Source of the DNA: Minisyncoccota bacterium
Lineage (GTDB): Bacteria; Patescibacteriota; Minisyncoccia; Phycocordibacterales; UBA12079
NCBI GenBank assembly: GCA_023140255.1
Contig: JAGLLX010000010.1
Coordinates: 19,774-83,773, forward strand
Direction of reading: 5' to 3'
DNA: 64,000 nucleotides
The position numbers were made by a program, and so were the translations under genes. Below the pieces are notes generated by a model. The model was not told the origin of the DNA, searched no databases, and saw only the letters and a list, made by a program, of their open reading frames with translations. Shown piece by piece: positions 8,728 through 18,083 of the stretch (positions are counted from its first letter, which is position 1; every line of letters begins with the position of its first letter).

Positions 8728-9777
8728 ATGAAAGAAAAAATAGCAATTATTTCAGTACTAGTTAATTTATTTCTAGCAATTGGAAAAACAATAATAGGTC
8801 TTATCATTGGTTCAGCCTCAGTTCTTGCAGAAGGAATTCACTCAGGAATGGACGTTTTTTCATCAGCAATAAGTTACGTTGGAATTAAAACTGCAAAGAA
8901 ACCTGTTGATGAAAAACACCCCTATGGTTATTATAAATTTGAAGTTTTATCTGGTTTAGTTATAACAGGCTTTTTATTTATAGCAGGACTGTGGATGATT
9001 TATGAATCATACCAAAGCTTTATTGATCCAGAAATTTTATCAATGAGTTATATGGCAATAGCTATAATGCTTGCTTCAATAATATTGAATGAAATTATGG
9101 CTCGTCTTAAAATTCATTATGGTAAGAAAGAAAACTCATTAAGCCTTCTTTCTGACGGAGTACATGACAAAGTTGATGTTTATGCTTCAATTGCAGTTTT
9201 GATAGGAATTGTTTTAATGCCTTATTGGATTTATGTTGATTCAATATTAGCATTTTTAATAGGACTTTATATTATTAAAGAATCTTTTGAATTAGGAAAA
9301 GAAGCTGTTGATTCCCTCCTTGATGTTTCTGCTGGAAAAGAAATTGAAGACGAAATTAAAGCTATTGCTAAAAAATTAAATACAGAAATAAGTTCTCTGA
9401 AAACACAGCAACGAGGATCAGCAGTGACTGCTAATTTTGAAATAAACCTTCCTAATAATTTAAACTTAGAAGAAGCCACGAAAAAATCAAACGCTCTGAG
9501 AGAAAAACTTATAGAAAAGATAAGGAGTTTAGAATATGTAGTCATTCAAATTACTAGTCATGAAGTAGAAACTGGCTACTTCAAATCAGGTCTTATGGAA
9601 GATGTTAACTGGAAAAGAAAAAGTCGGTTTGAAGGAATAATCCCACAAGCCGAAGGGAAAGGTCCAGAGGGTTATTGTGCCTGCCCTAAATGTAGTTATA
9701 AAATAGCCCATGAAAAAGGAACTCCTTGTGCTGAATTAAAATGCCCAACTTGTGGAGTAACTTTAGAACGAGAATAG
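8728..9777 (+). CDS. cation diffusion facilitator (CDF) family divalent-metal efflux transporter with a C-terminal zinc-ribbon-like tail
   Basis: TM region with the HxxxD-type CDF signature (GIHSGMDVFSS ... DGVHDKVD). C-terminus CACPKCSYK...CPTCG. Confidence 0.75.
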   Translation: MKEKIAIISVLVNLFLAIGKTIIGLIIGSASVLAEGIHSGMDVFSSAISYVGIKTAKKPVDEKHPYGYYKFEVLSGLVITGFLFIAGLWMIYESYQSFIDPEILSMSYMAIAIMLASIILNEIMARLKIHYGKKENSLSLLSDGVHDKVDVYASIAVLIGIVLMPYWIYVDSILAFLIGLYIIKESFELGKEAVDSLLDVSAGKEIEDEIKAIAKKLNTEISSLKTQQRGSAVTANFEINLPNNLNLEEATKKSNALREKLIEKIRSLEYVVIQITSHEVETGYFKSGLMEDVNWKRKSRFEGIIPQAEGKGPEGYCACPKCSYKIAHEKGTPCAELKCPTCGVTLERE

Positions 9778-9805
9778 AAACACTAAGTCATTTAAACATA
9801 AAAAC

Positions 9806-9840
9806 AAACGGATTTTGGCAAAGCCAAAATCCGTTTTAAT
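9806..9840 (+). terminator. rho-independent terminator
   Basis: aaacggattttggc-aaa-gccaaaatccgttt followed by T's. Confidence 0.65.
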
Positions 9841-9854
9841 TCTTAAATCCTAAA

Positions 9855-9874
9855 CCTGCCTGCCGGCAGGCAGG
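9855..9874. repeat. GC-rich palindromic repeat, copy A (CCTGCCTGCCGGCAGGCAGG)
   Basis: Perfect 20-bp GC palindrome in an AT-rich intergenic region between convergent genes. Related copies at 45871-45892 and 63458-63497. Confidence 0.6.
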
Positions 9875-9888
9875 CCTTAAATCTTTTT

Positions 9889-11625
9889 TTACATTTCCTC
9901 TATTGTTTCAATTCCGAGTAAAGTTAAACCATTTTTTAATACTTGAGCTGTTCCTTCTGAAAGAGCTAGTCGAATAGCCTTTTCTTCTTCTGAAGCTTTT
10001 ATCACGGGACAATTTGCATAAAAAGTATTAAATCTTTGAGCTAATTCATAAAGATAATTACACATAGTATACGGAGCAACCTCCACACCTGATTGATATG
10101 TTTTCTGAGGATAACGAGTTAACCATTTCAATAAACTCAATTCCCACTCATTCATTTCCAAATCACTTGGAAGTCGGATTTCCAAGGATTTTGATTTTCT
10201 TAAAATAGCTTGAGCTCGGACATAAGCATACAAAATATAAGGTCCTGAATATCCTTCAAAATCAACAAATTTTTCAGGATCATAATTTACATCCTTATTA
10301 AAATCATGAGAAAGAATTAAGAATTTCAATCCAGCCAAAGCTACCACCCTAGAAATTTCTTCTTTTTTTTCTGTATCATAATCTTTTAATTCTGCAATTT
10401 TAGTTCTAGCTACTTTTAAAGATTCTTCTAAAATATCTGTCCCTTTAATATTTTTACCTGAACGTGAACTTGTTTTCTTTCCGTTCATCAATAACCATCC
10501 AAAAGAAGTGTGAAAATATTTATCTTTAAATTTCTCATCTAAAGTTTCTAAAATTTTTATGACTGCTTTAAAGTGATCTACTTGTTCTACCCCTGTTAAA
10601 GTTAAATTTAAAAACAAATCTGGATAATCTTCAAATTTTTGATAGCCTAAAGCAATATCTTTAGCTAAATAAGTTGGATTATCTTCGCTAGTTTTCATAA
10701 CCCAAGTTACTAAGCCATCTTTTTCTCCTTCATAAATAATTGCTCCTTGAGATTCTACAAAAATCTTTTTTGAATTTTCTTCAACTATTTTTTTAGCACT
10801 TTCATATACCTGAGATTCTGGATATTGTTTGTCGTAAGCTACTCCTAAATCAGCAAAAATAGCTTTTTGATGTTCTAAACTCATCTTTTTTATTCTTTCA
10901 TATAATTCAGTCGCTTCTGTTTTATTTTTTTGATAAATATCAATATTTATCTTCCTGATAGCCTTTTCATTTTCATCAAAAGCCTGTGTAGCATACACAT
11001 AAGCTTCTGTAATAAATTCCATTTTTTTATGTTTATCCCAAGATTCAAAATCTTCAAGTAATCCTTTTTGTTGAACACCCCAAGTAGTCTTAGCTGTATG
11101 CATTCCTATATCTCCATAATAATTTGTTTTAACTACTTCATAACCTAAGTTTTCAAATAATTTACAAACACTCAAACCTGAAATTGTTCCTTTTATATGC
11201 CCAACAGTGAAAGCTTTATGTGTATTTGGCTGACCAAACTCAAGCATTATTTTTTTATCTTCAGCTAATTCAAAAGTCCCATAATCTTCTTTCTGTTCTA
11301 AAATATTTTCTAATTCAGAAATATAATAATCATTTTTTATTTTGAAGTTTATAAATCCTGGGGCAATAGCTTCAACTTTTTCTAGTAAATCTGGTAGGTT
11401 GATTTTTTTAGCAATATTTTGAGCAATTTCTAAAGGGTTTTCTTTTAAAACTCCAGCCAAAGCCATAGCTACATTAGTAGCATAATCTCCGTGAGATTCT
11501 TCTGCAGGATGTTCTATTACAAAATTAACCTTATTTTCAATAATTTTAGATACTTCTTGATGTAATAATTCTTTTATTGGATCAATTGAAACCTTTTCTT
11601 TTTTTAGTATTTCTTGTATTTTCAT
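9889..11625 (-). CDS. argS: arginine--tRNA ligase
   Basis: N-terminal HGDYATNVAMALA motif of the ArgRS N domain. Class I HIGH-like PNTHKAFTVGHIKG. DALR-type C-terminus ending in M. Confidence 0.75.
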   Translation of the reverse strand: MKIQEILKKEKVSIDPIKELLHQEVSKIIENKVNFVIEHPAEESHGDYATNVAMALAGVLKENPLEIAQNIAKKINLPDLLEKVEAIAPGFINFKIKNDYYISELENILEQKEDYGTFELAEDKKIMLEFGQPNTHKAFTVGHIKGTISGLSVCKLFENLGYEVVKTNYYGDIGMHTAKTTWGVQQKGLLEDFESWDKHKKMEFITEAYVYATQAFDENEKAIRKINIDIYQKNKTEATELYERIKKMSLEHQKAIFADLGVAYDKQYPESQVYESAKKIVEENSKKIFVESQGAIIYEGEKDGLVTWVMKTSEDNPTYLAKDIALGYQKFEDYPDLFLNLTLTGVEQVDHFKAVIKILETLDEKFKDKYFHTSFGWLLMNGKKTSSRSGKNIKGTDILEESLKVARTKIAELKDYDTEKKEEISRVVALAGLKFLILSHDFNKDVNYDPEKFVDFEGYSGPYILYAYVRAQAILRKSKSLEIRLPSDLEMNEWELSLLKWLTRYPQKTYQSGVEVAPYTMCNYLYELAQRFNTFYANCPVIKASEEEKAIRLALSEGTAQVLKNGLTLLGIETIEEM

Positions 11626-11653
11626 TAATATTATAATAACATAAAATTATAAT

Positions 11654-11947
11654 ATGGATAAATTATTTCAAAGGAAAATAGAAGACTTCAAATGTCAAAA
11701 TTGTGGTGCAGAAGTTAAAGGGGATGGTTACACCAATCACTGCCCTAATTGTTTATGGAGCAAACATGTTGATATAAACCCAGGAGACAGAGCCTCTAAT
11801 TGCAAAAGATTGATGGAACCAATTGAAATAGAAAAAAAAGCTGATGAAATTATAATTACCCATAAATGTTTAGAATGCGGACACATAAAGAAAAATAAAA
11901 GCACTCCTAATGATAACTATGATAAAATTTTAGAGATAATTAATTAA
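11654..11947 (+). CDS. RNHCP zinc-ribbon domain protein
   Basis: CQNCGAEVKGDGYTNHCPNCLWSKHVD matches the RNHCP motif. Confidence 0.6.
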   Translation: MDKLFQRKIEDFKCQNCGAEVKGDGYTNHCPNCLWSKHVDINPGDRASNCKRLMEPIEIEKKADEIIITHKCLECGHIKKNKSTPNDNYDKILEIIN

Positions 11948-11950
11948 AAA

Positions 11951-11978
11951 GCACGGCTCAGTTGAGCCGTGCTTTGTG
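11951..11978. terminator. bidirectional hairpin terminator
   Basis: aaagcacggctca-gt-tgagccgtgcttt. Confidence 0.6.
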
Positions 11979-11983
11979 TTTAT

Positions 11984-13774
11984 TTAATTTCTATTATGTT
12001 TTTTTCTCTCAGTCTCAGTTAAATATTTTTTTCGTAAACGAATATCTGTTGGAGTAACTTCTAAGTATTCATCATCTTTCATTAAACCAATAGCTTTTTC
12101 AAGAGAAATATCTAAAGGAGGAGAAACTTTTGTAGCATCATCTGAACCAGAAGCTCTCATATTAGTTAATTGTTTTCCTTTAGTTGGGTTAACAATCATC
12201 TCTTCCCCACTAGCTACATTTCCAATTATCATTCCTTCATAAACTTCTGTATTTGTTTCTATATATAGAACACCTCGTTCTTGTAAATTAGCCAAAGAAA
12301 AACCTAAAGCTTTACCTCCAGCCATTGAAGTCATTGAACCTAATTTAGTTTTAACCACTTCTCCAGCATAAGCTCTAAATTCTAAAAACAATGAAGTCAA
12401 AACCCCCTCTCCTTTAGTATCAACAATAAATTCATTTCTATACCCCAAAAGACCTCTAGTAGGAATTTCGAAAACCATTTTAGTTTCCCCATTCTTATTT
12501 TTCATATCATTTAAAATTCCTTTTCTCTCTCCCATTTTTTTCATAACTGTCCCAGAGGAATCATCAGGTACAATAATAGTTGTTTCTTCAAACGGCTCAA
12601 CTTTTTTTCCATCCACTTCTTTTATAATTACTTCTGGCTGAGAAACTGTTAATTCAAATCCTTCTCTTCTCATATTTTCAATTAACACAGCAAGGTGCAA
12701 TTCTCCTCTTCCATATATTTTATATCTTCCATCTACTCCACTAAAATCTACTTTCAAACCAACATTAACTTCTAATTCTTTTTCTAATCTTTCTTTAATT
12801 TGTCTAGAAGTTAATAATTTTCCAACCTTTCCTGCAAAAGGAGAATTATTTACAAACATAAATAAAGAAATTGTTGGCTCATCTATTGTAATTTCTGAAA
12901 GAGTTTCTGTCTCTTCACTATCTACCAAAGTATGACTAATGAAAATATCAGGGATTCCAGCAATCATAACAATATCTCCTGCTACTGCTTCTTTAGTTTC
13001 TTTTCTAGTTAATCCTTCAAAAGTAAATAATTTAGTTATCTTTCCGTTAAAAGATTCTCCTTTAGAATTTTTTATGAAAATCTGTTGTCCATCTTTCAAA
13101 GTTCCTTCGTAAATACGACAAACACCCATTCTTCCTAAGAAATTATTATAATCAAGGTTAAAGACCTGCGCCTTTAAAGGATTATTATTTAAAGATTCAT
13201 CTGAAGCTAAAGGAACTTTTTCCAAAATTAAATCTAACAACGGAGTTAAATCTTTCATCTCATCCTCCATTTTTAATTTTGCTAAACCTTCTCTTCCCAC
13301 AGTATAAATAGTTTCAAAATTTAATTGTTCATCACTTGCTTCTAAATCTAGAAATAATTCGTAAACATCTTCCTTTACTCTTTTTACATCTGAAGCTGGT
13401 TTATCTATTTTATTTATAACTAAAATTGGTTTTAAATTTAATTCTAAAGACTTCTTTAATACAAATTTAGTTTGAGGCATTGGTCCTTCTACAGCATCAA
13501 CAACTAAAAGAACTGAGTCAACAGATCTTAAAACTCGTTCTACTTCTGAACCAAAATCAGCATGACCAGGAGTATCCAAAATATTAATTTTAGTATCTTT
13601 ATATAAGACAGAGGTATTTTTTGAATAAATAGTAATTCCTCTTTCTTTTTCTATATCATTAGAGTCCATAGAAACTCCTTCAGCCACCATATTAGTTTGA
13701 GATAATAAGGCATCTGTTAAAGCTGTTTTTCCATGGTCTACATGGGCTATGATTGCTATGTTTCGTATATCCAT
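11984..13774 (-). CDS. typA: translational GTPase TypA/BipA
   Basis: IRNIAIIAHVDHGKTALTDALL G1 motif and EF-G-like domain order. Confidence 0.9.
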   Translation of the reverse strand: MDIRNIAIIAHVDHGKTALTDALLSQTNMVAEGVSMDSNDIEKERGITIYSKNTSVLYKDTKINILDTPGHADFGSEVERVLRSVDSVLLVVDAVEGPMPQTKFVLKKSLELNLKPILVINKIDKPASDVKRVKEDVYELFLDLEASDEQLNFETIYTVGREGLAKLKMEDEMKDLTPLLDLILEKVPLASDESLNNNPLKAQVFNLDYNNFLGRMGVCRIYEGTLKDGQQIFIKNSKGESFNGKITKLFTFEGLTRKETKEAVAGDIVMIAGIPDIFISHTLVDSEETETLSEITIDEPTISLFMFVNNSPFAGKVGKLLTSRQIKERLEKELEVNVGLKVDFSGVDGRYKIYGRGELHLAVLIENMRREGFELTVSQPEVIIKEVDGKKVEPFEETTIIVPDDSSGTVMKKMGERKGILNDMKNKNGETKMVFEIPTRGLLGYRNEFIVDTKGEGVLTSLFLEFRAYAGEVVKTKLGSMTSMAGGKALGFSLANLQERGVLYIETNTEVYEGMIIGNVASGEEMIVNPTKGKQLTNMRASGSDDATKVSPPLDISLEKAIGLMKDDEYLEVTPTDIRLRKKYLTETERKKHNRN

Positions 13775-13872
13775 ATTTTTTTAATTTAACTCAGATATTC
13801 TACCTTTTTTCAGGATTTAAACAAGTCTAATAACTCCTTTCGCTATATATCAAATAAAAGCTCTTATTTTGA

Positions 13873-13901
13873 TTGACATGAGTAATCGGAAATGTTACTA
13901 T
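13873..13901 (+). promoter_or_regulatory. sigma70-like promoter of cspA (TTGACA, 17 nt spacer, TACTAT) giving a roughly 140-nt 5' UTR
   Basis: Consensus -35 hexamer and a near-consensus -10 hexamer with 17-nt spacing. Long leaders are typical of cold-shock genes. Confidence 0.5.
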
Positions 13902-14040
13902 AACAGGAATCAAATCGTAGCTGTAAGAGATTCAAAGTCGAGTTTTATCATACACTATTTTGTATTTGACGAAATTACTTTAAGTTATATCTCATAATTT
14001 AAAGTGACTTATTAGCAACATAGTTTCTCTTATAGAAGAT

Positions 14041-14241
14041 ATGCAAAAAGGAAAAATCGCTCGTTTAACAGATCGTGGATTTGGATTCATTTCTCAAGAC
14101 GGTGAAGAAAAAGACCTTTTCTTTCACTCAAATGAGTTAAAAGAAGTTCAATTTAACGACCTTAGAGAAGGAGATGAGTTAACTTTTGAAGTAGCTGAAG
14201 GTCCTAAAGGGCTTAACGCTGTGAACATTAGTAAAGCTTAA
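14041..14241 (+). CDS. cspA: cold-shock protein (CspA family)
   Basis: KGKIARLTDRGFGFISQDGEEKDLFFH carries the RNP1/RNP2 motifs. Confidence 0.85.
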   Translation: MQKGKIARLTDRGFGFISQDGEEKDLFFHSNELKEVQFNDLREGDELTFEVAEGPKGLNAVNISKA

Positions 14242-14255
14242 ATCCGATTAAATAA

Positions 14256-14282
14256 AAAACACCGCTTCGGCGGTGTTTTTTA
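14256..14282 (+). terminator. rho-independent terminator
   Basis: aaacaccgc-ttcg-gcggtgttt followed by TTTT. Confidence 0.7.
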
Positions 14283-14344
14283 TATATCTCTATGTTATAA
14301 TTTTAACAGAATTAACAATACTAATTTATCTTTTAATTATAATT

Positions 14345-15985
14345 ATGAAAAAATTACTAAAAAATAAAAAAATACTTTTTAGTGCGATAGGAGTAATATT
14401 AATAATTGTTTTAAGTGTTTATTTTTTCACAAAAGATCAAAAAGAAGAATATAATTTCAGCTTAGCTGAAAGAACTGACTTAGTTCAAGAAATTAGCGCC
14501 ACAGGAAGAATTAAAGCAGTTGACGATATAGACTTAGCATTTGAAAAAAGTGGGCGTATAAATAATATTTATATAGAAGTTGGAGATAAAGTTTATAAAG
14601 GGCAAATATTAGCTGAACTAGAAAAAGCAGAAATTTTTGCTGAATTATCTCAAGCCAGAGCTGGGGTGGCTAGTGCCGAAGCAAAACTTATTCAACTTGA
14701 AGCTTTATTAGAAAAAGAAAAAAATACTTTAGAAACTCTTCAAATAGGAACTCGTGAAGAGGAAATTTTAATATATGAATCAAAGGTAGAAAACGCAGAA
14801 GTTGTTTACGAAGCTTCTATTCAAAATCTTATAGATAAAATTGGAGACTCTTATACAAAATCAGATGATGCAATTAGAAATAAGATAGATCCCCTATTTA
14901 GTAGTCCTAGAGGAACAAGTCCTCAAATAATTTTTGCGGTAAATGATTCTCAATTAGAAAACAATATTGAATGGGCTCGTTTTTTAATTGAACAGAAATT
15001 GAATTTTTGGAGTACTAGTCTACAAAATATTAATGAAAACTTACCCGAAGAAAAATTAGACGAAAGCAAAGACAACTTAAACCAAATAAAACTTTTCCTA
15101 GAAGACATGGCTCTGGCTATTAACGGACTTTCTGTTAATTCAGAATTTTCTCAAACTATAATAGACAGTTACAAAACTGATATTTACACAGCTAGAACTA
15201 ATATTAATACTGCTATTACCAACCTGTCTACAGCTATAGAAAAACTTAATACAGCTAACACTTCCCTTTTAATTAGCCAAAACGAATTAGCTCTTAAAAA
15301 ATCAGGTAGTACTTTTGAAGAAATAAGTTCTCAGAAAGCCATAATTGAACAAGCCGAAGCTAATATTATTTCTCAAAAAGCAGAAATAGATTTGAAAGAA
15401 TCCGCTGTCCAAGCTTCTCTAGCAAAATTATCTAAAAATACTTTAAGATCTCCTATTAACGGAATAATCACTAACCAAAAAACCCAAGTAGGAGTAATTA
15501 CTTCTCCTGGAGAAATTATTATATCTGTTATTTCTGAAAATGACTTAGAGATTGAAACAAATATAGTAGAAGCAGATATTGCTTATCTAAAAATTGGAAA
15601 TAAAGCTAAACTTTCTTTAGATGCTTATGGAGAAGATGTTATTTTTGATGCAGTGGTAATTAAAATAGATCCTGCCGCGAACCTAATAGAAGGAGTGGCT
15701 AATTATAAAACGACTCTAGGATTTACTGAAACATATGAAAAAATAAAAGCAGGAATGACTGCTGATTTGGATATAATCACAATGGAATTAAAAAATGTAA
15801 TAGCTATTCCCTATCGAGCAATTATTTTTAAAAGTGGAACTGAAAAATTAGTAAGAGTATTAAAAGACAATAATCAAATAGATGAAGTGTCTGTTAAAAT
15901 TGGAATTGTTGGAAACGGGTCTTTGGTTGAAATCATTTCAGGAATAAACGAAGGAGACAAAGTTGTTACTTCTATAAAAAAGTAA
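14345..15985 (+). CDS. efflux transporter periplasmic adaptor subunit (HlyD/MacA family)
   Basis: N-terminal TM anchor, long coiled coil and a C-terminal beta-barrel region. The start is trimmed to the MKKLLKNKK methionine because the longer ORF-track start would overlap the cspA terminator. Confidence 0.7.
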   Translation: MKKLLKNKKILFSAIGVILIIVLSVYFFTKDQKEEYNFSLAERTDLVQEISATGRIKAVDDIDLAFEKSGRINNIYIEVGDKVYKGQILAELEKAEIFAELSQARAGVASAEAKLIQLEALLEKEKNTLETLQIGTREEEILIYESKVENAEVVYEASIQNLIDKIGDSYTKSDDAIRNKIDPLFSSPRGTSPQIIFAVNDSQLENNIEWARFLIEQKLNFWSTSLQNINENLPEEKLDESKDNLNQIKLFLEDMALAINGLSVNSEFSQTIIDSYKTDIYTARTNINTAITNLSTAIEKLNTANTSLLISQNELALKKSGSTFEEISSQKAIIEQAEANIISQKAEIDLKESAVQASLAKLSKNTLRSPINGIITNQKTQVGVITSPGEIIISVISENDLEIETNIVEADIAYLKIGNKAKLSLDAYGEDVIFDAVVIKIDPAANLIEGVANYKTTLGFTETYEKIKAGMTADLDIITMELKNVIAIPYRAIIFKSGTEKLVRVLKDNNQIDEVSVKIGIVGNGSLVEIISGINEGDKVVTSIKK

Positions 15986-16063
15986 TAACTCATTAAAACA
16001 TTAAAACAAAAAAATTTGCAAAGCAAATCTTTTCTAATAACCTAAATATCTAATAACTAAACC

Positions 16064-16777
16064 ATGAACTTAATTGAAATAAAAAATTTAAAAAGAACTT
16101 TTGGAGAAGAGATTAAAACCTATGCTTTAAAAAATGCAACTTTTACAGTCAAACAAGGAGAATTTATCGCTATTATGGGTTCTTCTGGTTCAGGGAAATC
16201 TACTCTAATGCATATTTTAGGACTTTTAGACAGAGCAACTAAAGGTGATTTTTTATTTGAAGAAAGAGATGTTTCAAAATTAGACGATGATGAACTAGCT
16301 ACTTTAAGAAATGAAGAAATTGGATTTGTTTTTCAATCTTTTAATTTATTACCAAGAACCACTGTTTTGGATAATGTTACTCTCCCTTTAATTTATTCTC
16401 AAAAAAGAGTTTCTACCTTAAGTCGAGCTAAAGAAGTTTTAGAAAGTGTAGGCCTAAGCCATAGACTTAATCATTATACAAATCAAATTTCAGGCGGAGA
16501 AAAACAAAGAGTAGCTGTCGCCCGAGCTTTAGTAAATAGACCTTCTATTATTTTTGCGGACGAACCTACAGGAAATCTAGATTCAAAATCAGGAGCTCAA
16601 ATTATGAAAATATTACAAAAATTAAATGATGAAGGAAAAACTGTTATATTAGTAACTCACGAAACTTATACAGCTGAATGTGCAAAAAGAATTTTAACAA
16701 TGAAAGATGGAGAAATAGTAAGTGATGAAATAACAAAAAATCAAAGAAGAGTACATACTGAAGACTTAATTAAATAA
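16064..16777 (+). CDS. ABC transporter ATP-binding protein (MacB/LolD-like)
   Basis: Walker A GSSGSGKST, ABC signature LSGGEKQR and Walker B IIFADEPT. Confidence 0.85.
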   Translation: MNLIEIKNLKRTFGEEIKTYALKNATFTVKQGEFIAIMGSSGSGKSTLMHILGLLDRATKGDFLFEERDVSKLDDDELATLRNEEIGFVFQSFNLLPRTTVLDNVTLPLIYSQKRVSTLSRAKEVLESVGLSHRLNHYTNQISGGEKQRVAVARALVNRPSIIFADEPTGNLDSKSGAQIMKILQKLNDEGKTVILVTHETYTAECAKRILTMKDGEIVSDEITKNQRRVHTEDLIK

Positions 16778-16815
16778 TGTGATATTCAGTGGCTAATTTT
16801 TGATAACCATTCGTT

Positions 16816-18066
16816 ATGATTAAGACTTTAAAGCAATCAGTTAAAATAGCTACCAGTTCCCTTTTGAGTAATAAAATTCAAAGCCTTTTAACTATGCTAG
16901 GAATTATTATTGGAGTAGCTTCAGTTATAGTTATTATGTCTATCGGGTCTGGGGCTCAATCTTTAATTCTGTCAGAAATTCAAAACTTAGGAACAAACTT
17001 AATTGCCATTATTCCTGGTCACGGAGATGAAGAAGACGCTTTCTCTATGCTAAGCGGTTTTGCTGTTACTACTTTAACTTACGATGATGCTCTAGCCTTA
17101 AGAGAAAATAAAAATATTCCAAACATAATGGCTGTAGCTGCATATAGTAAAGGGTTTGGAACAGCTGAATGGAAATCAAAAACTTATAGTACTTCTTTAA
17201 CAGGAACTACAGCTAGCCATCTTGAAGTAATGGGTGGAGATGTAAAAGAAGGTCGTTTCTTTAACTCTGAAGAAGAAAAAAGATTTTCTAGAATAGCTGT
17301 TTTAGGATCCGATGTTAAGGACGAACTCTTAGGTCAATCAGATGCAATTGGTCAAAAAATTAAAATCAATGATTATATTTTTGATGTTATAGGAGTGATG
17401 GAAGAAAGAGGAGTTGTCGTTATGGAAGATTATGATGACCAAATTTTTATTCCCATAAAAACAGTTCAAAGAATGATGGGGGTTGATTATGTTGGGTTTA
17501 TTAGGTCCAAAGTTTACTCGGAAGAAAATATTTCTCAAACGGAAGAAAATATTAAAATAATATTAAGAGAAGAACACAGTATTAAAGACCAAAGTGGCAA
17601 GAATGATGACTTTATGGTTAAAAATACAGCTCAAGCTCTTGATATGATTACTGAAATTACCAATTCATTAAGATACTTCTTAGCTATTATGGCAGGTCTC
17701 TCTTTGATTGTTGGAGGAATTGGAATCATGAATATTATGTTTATTTCAGTTACAGAAAGAACAAGAGAAGTCGGACTGAGGAAAGCCCTAGGGGCAAAAA
17801 ATAGTAATGTTCTAGGACAATTTTTAGTAGAAGCTATCTTCATTACTCTTATTGGTGGAATTAGTGGAATAATATTAGGAGTTATAATTTCATCTTTTAT
17901 TGCAATTGGAGCTCATCTTTTAGGCTATGAATGGAATCTTATAATTTCTTTAGGTTCTGTTATTTTAGCTTTAGTTGTTTCTGCTGGAGTTGGATTATTT
18001 TTCGGATTTTATCCAGCTTATAAAGCAAGTAAACTTGACCCAATAACAGCCTTACGATATGAATAA
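16816..18066 (+). CDS. ABC transporter permease (FtsX/MacB family)
   Basis: N-terminal TM helix, large periplasmic domain and a C-terminal 3-TM FtsX domain. Confidence 0.8.
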   Translation: MIKTLKQSVKIATSSLLSNKIQSLLTMLGIIIGVASVIVIMSIGSGAQSLILSEIQNLGTNLIAIIPGHGDEEDAFSMLSGFAVTTLTYDDALALRENKNIPNIMAVAAYSKGFGTAEWKSKTYSTSLTGTTASHLEVMGGDVKEGRFFNSEEEKRFSRIAVLGSDVKDELLGQSDAIGQKIKINDYIFDVIGVMEERGVVVMEDYDDQIFIPIKTVQRMMGVDYVGFIRSKVYSEENISQTEENIKIILREEHSIKDQSGKNDDFMVKNTAQALDMITEITNSLRYFLAIMAGLSLIVGGIGIMNIMFISVTERTREVGLRKALGAKNSNVLGQFLVEAIFITLIGGISGIILGVIISSFIAIGAHLLGYEWNLIISLGSVILALVVSAGVGLFFGFYPAYKASKLDPITALRYE

Positions 18067-18083
18067 AACCTTTAACTAATATT

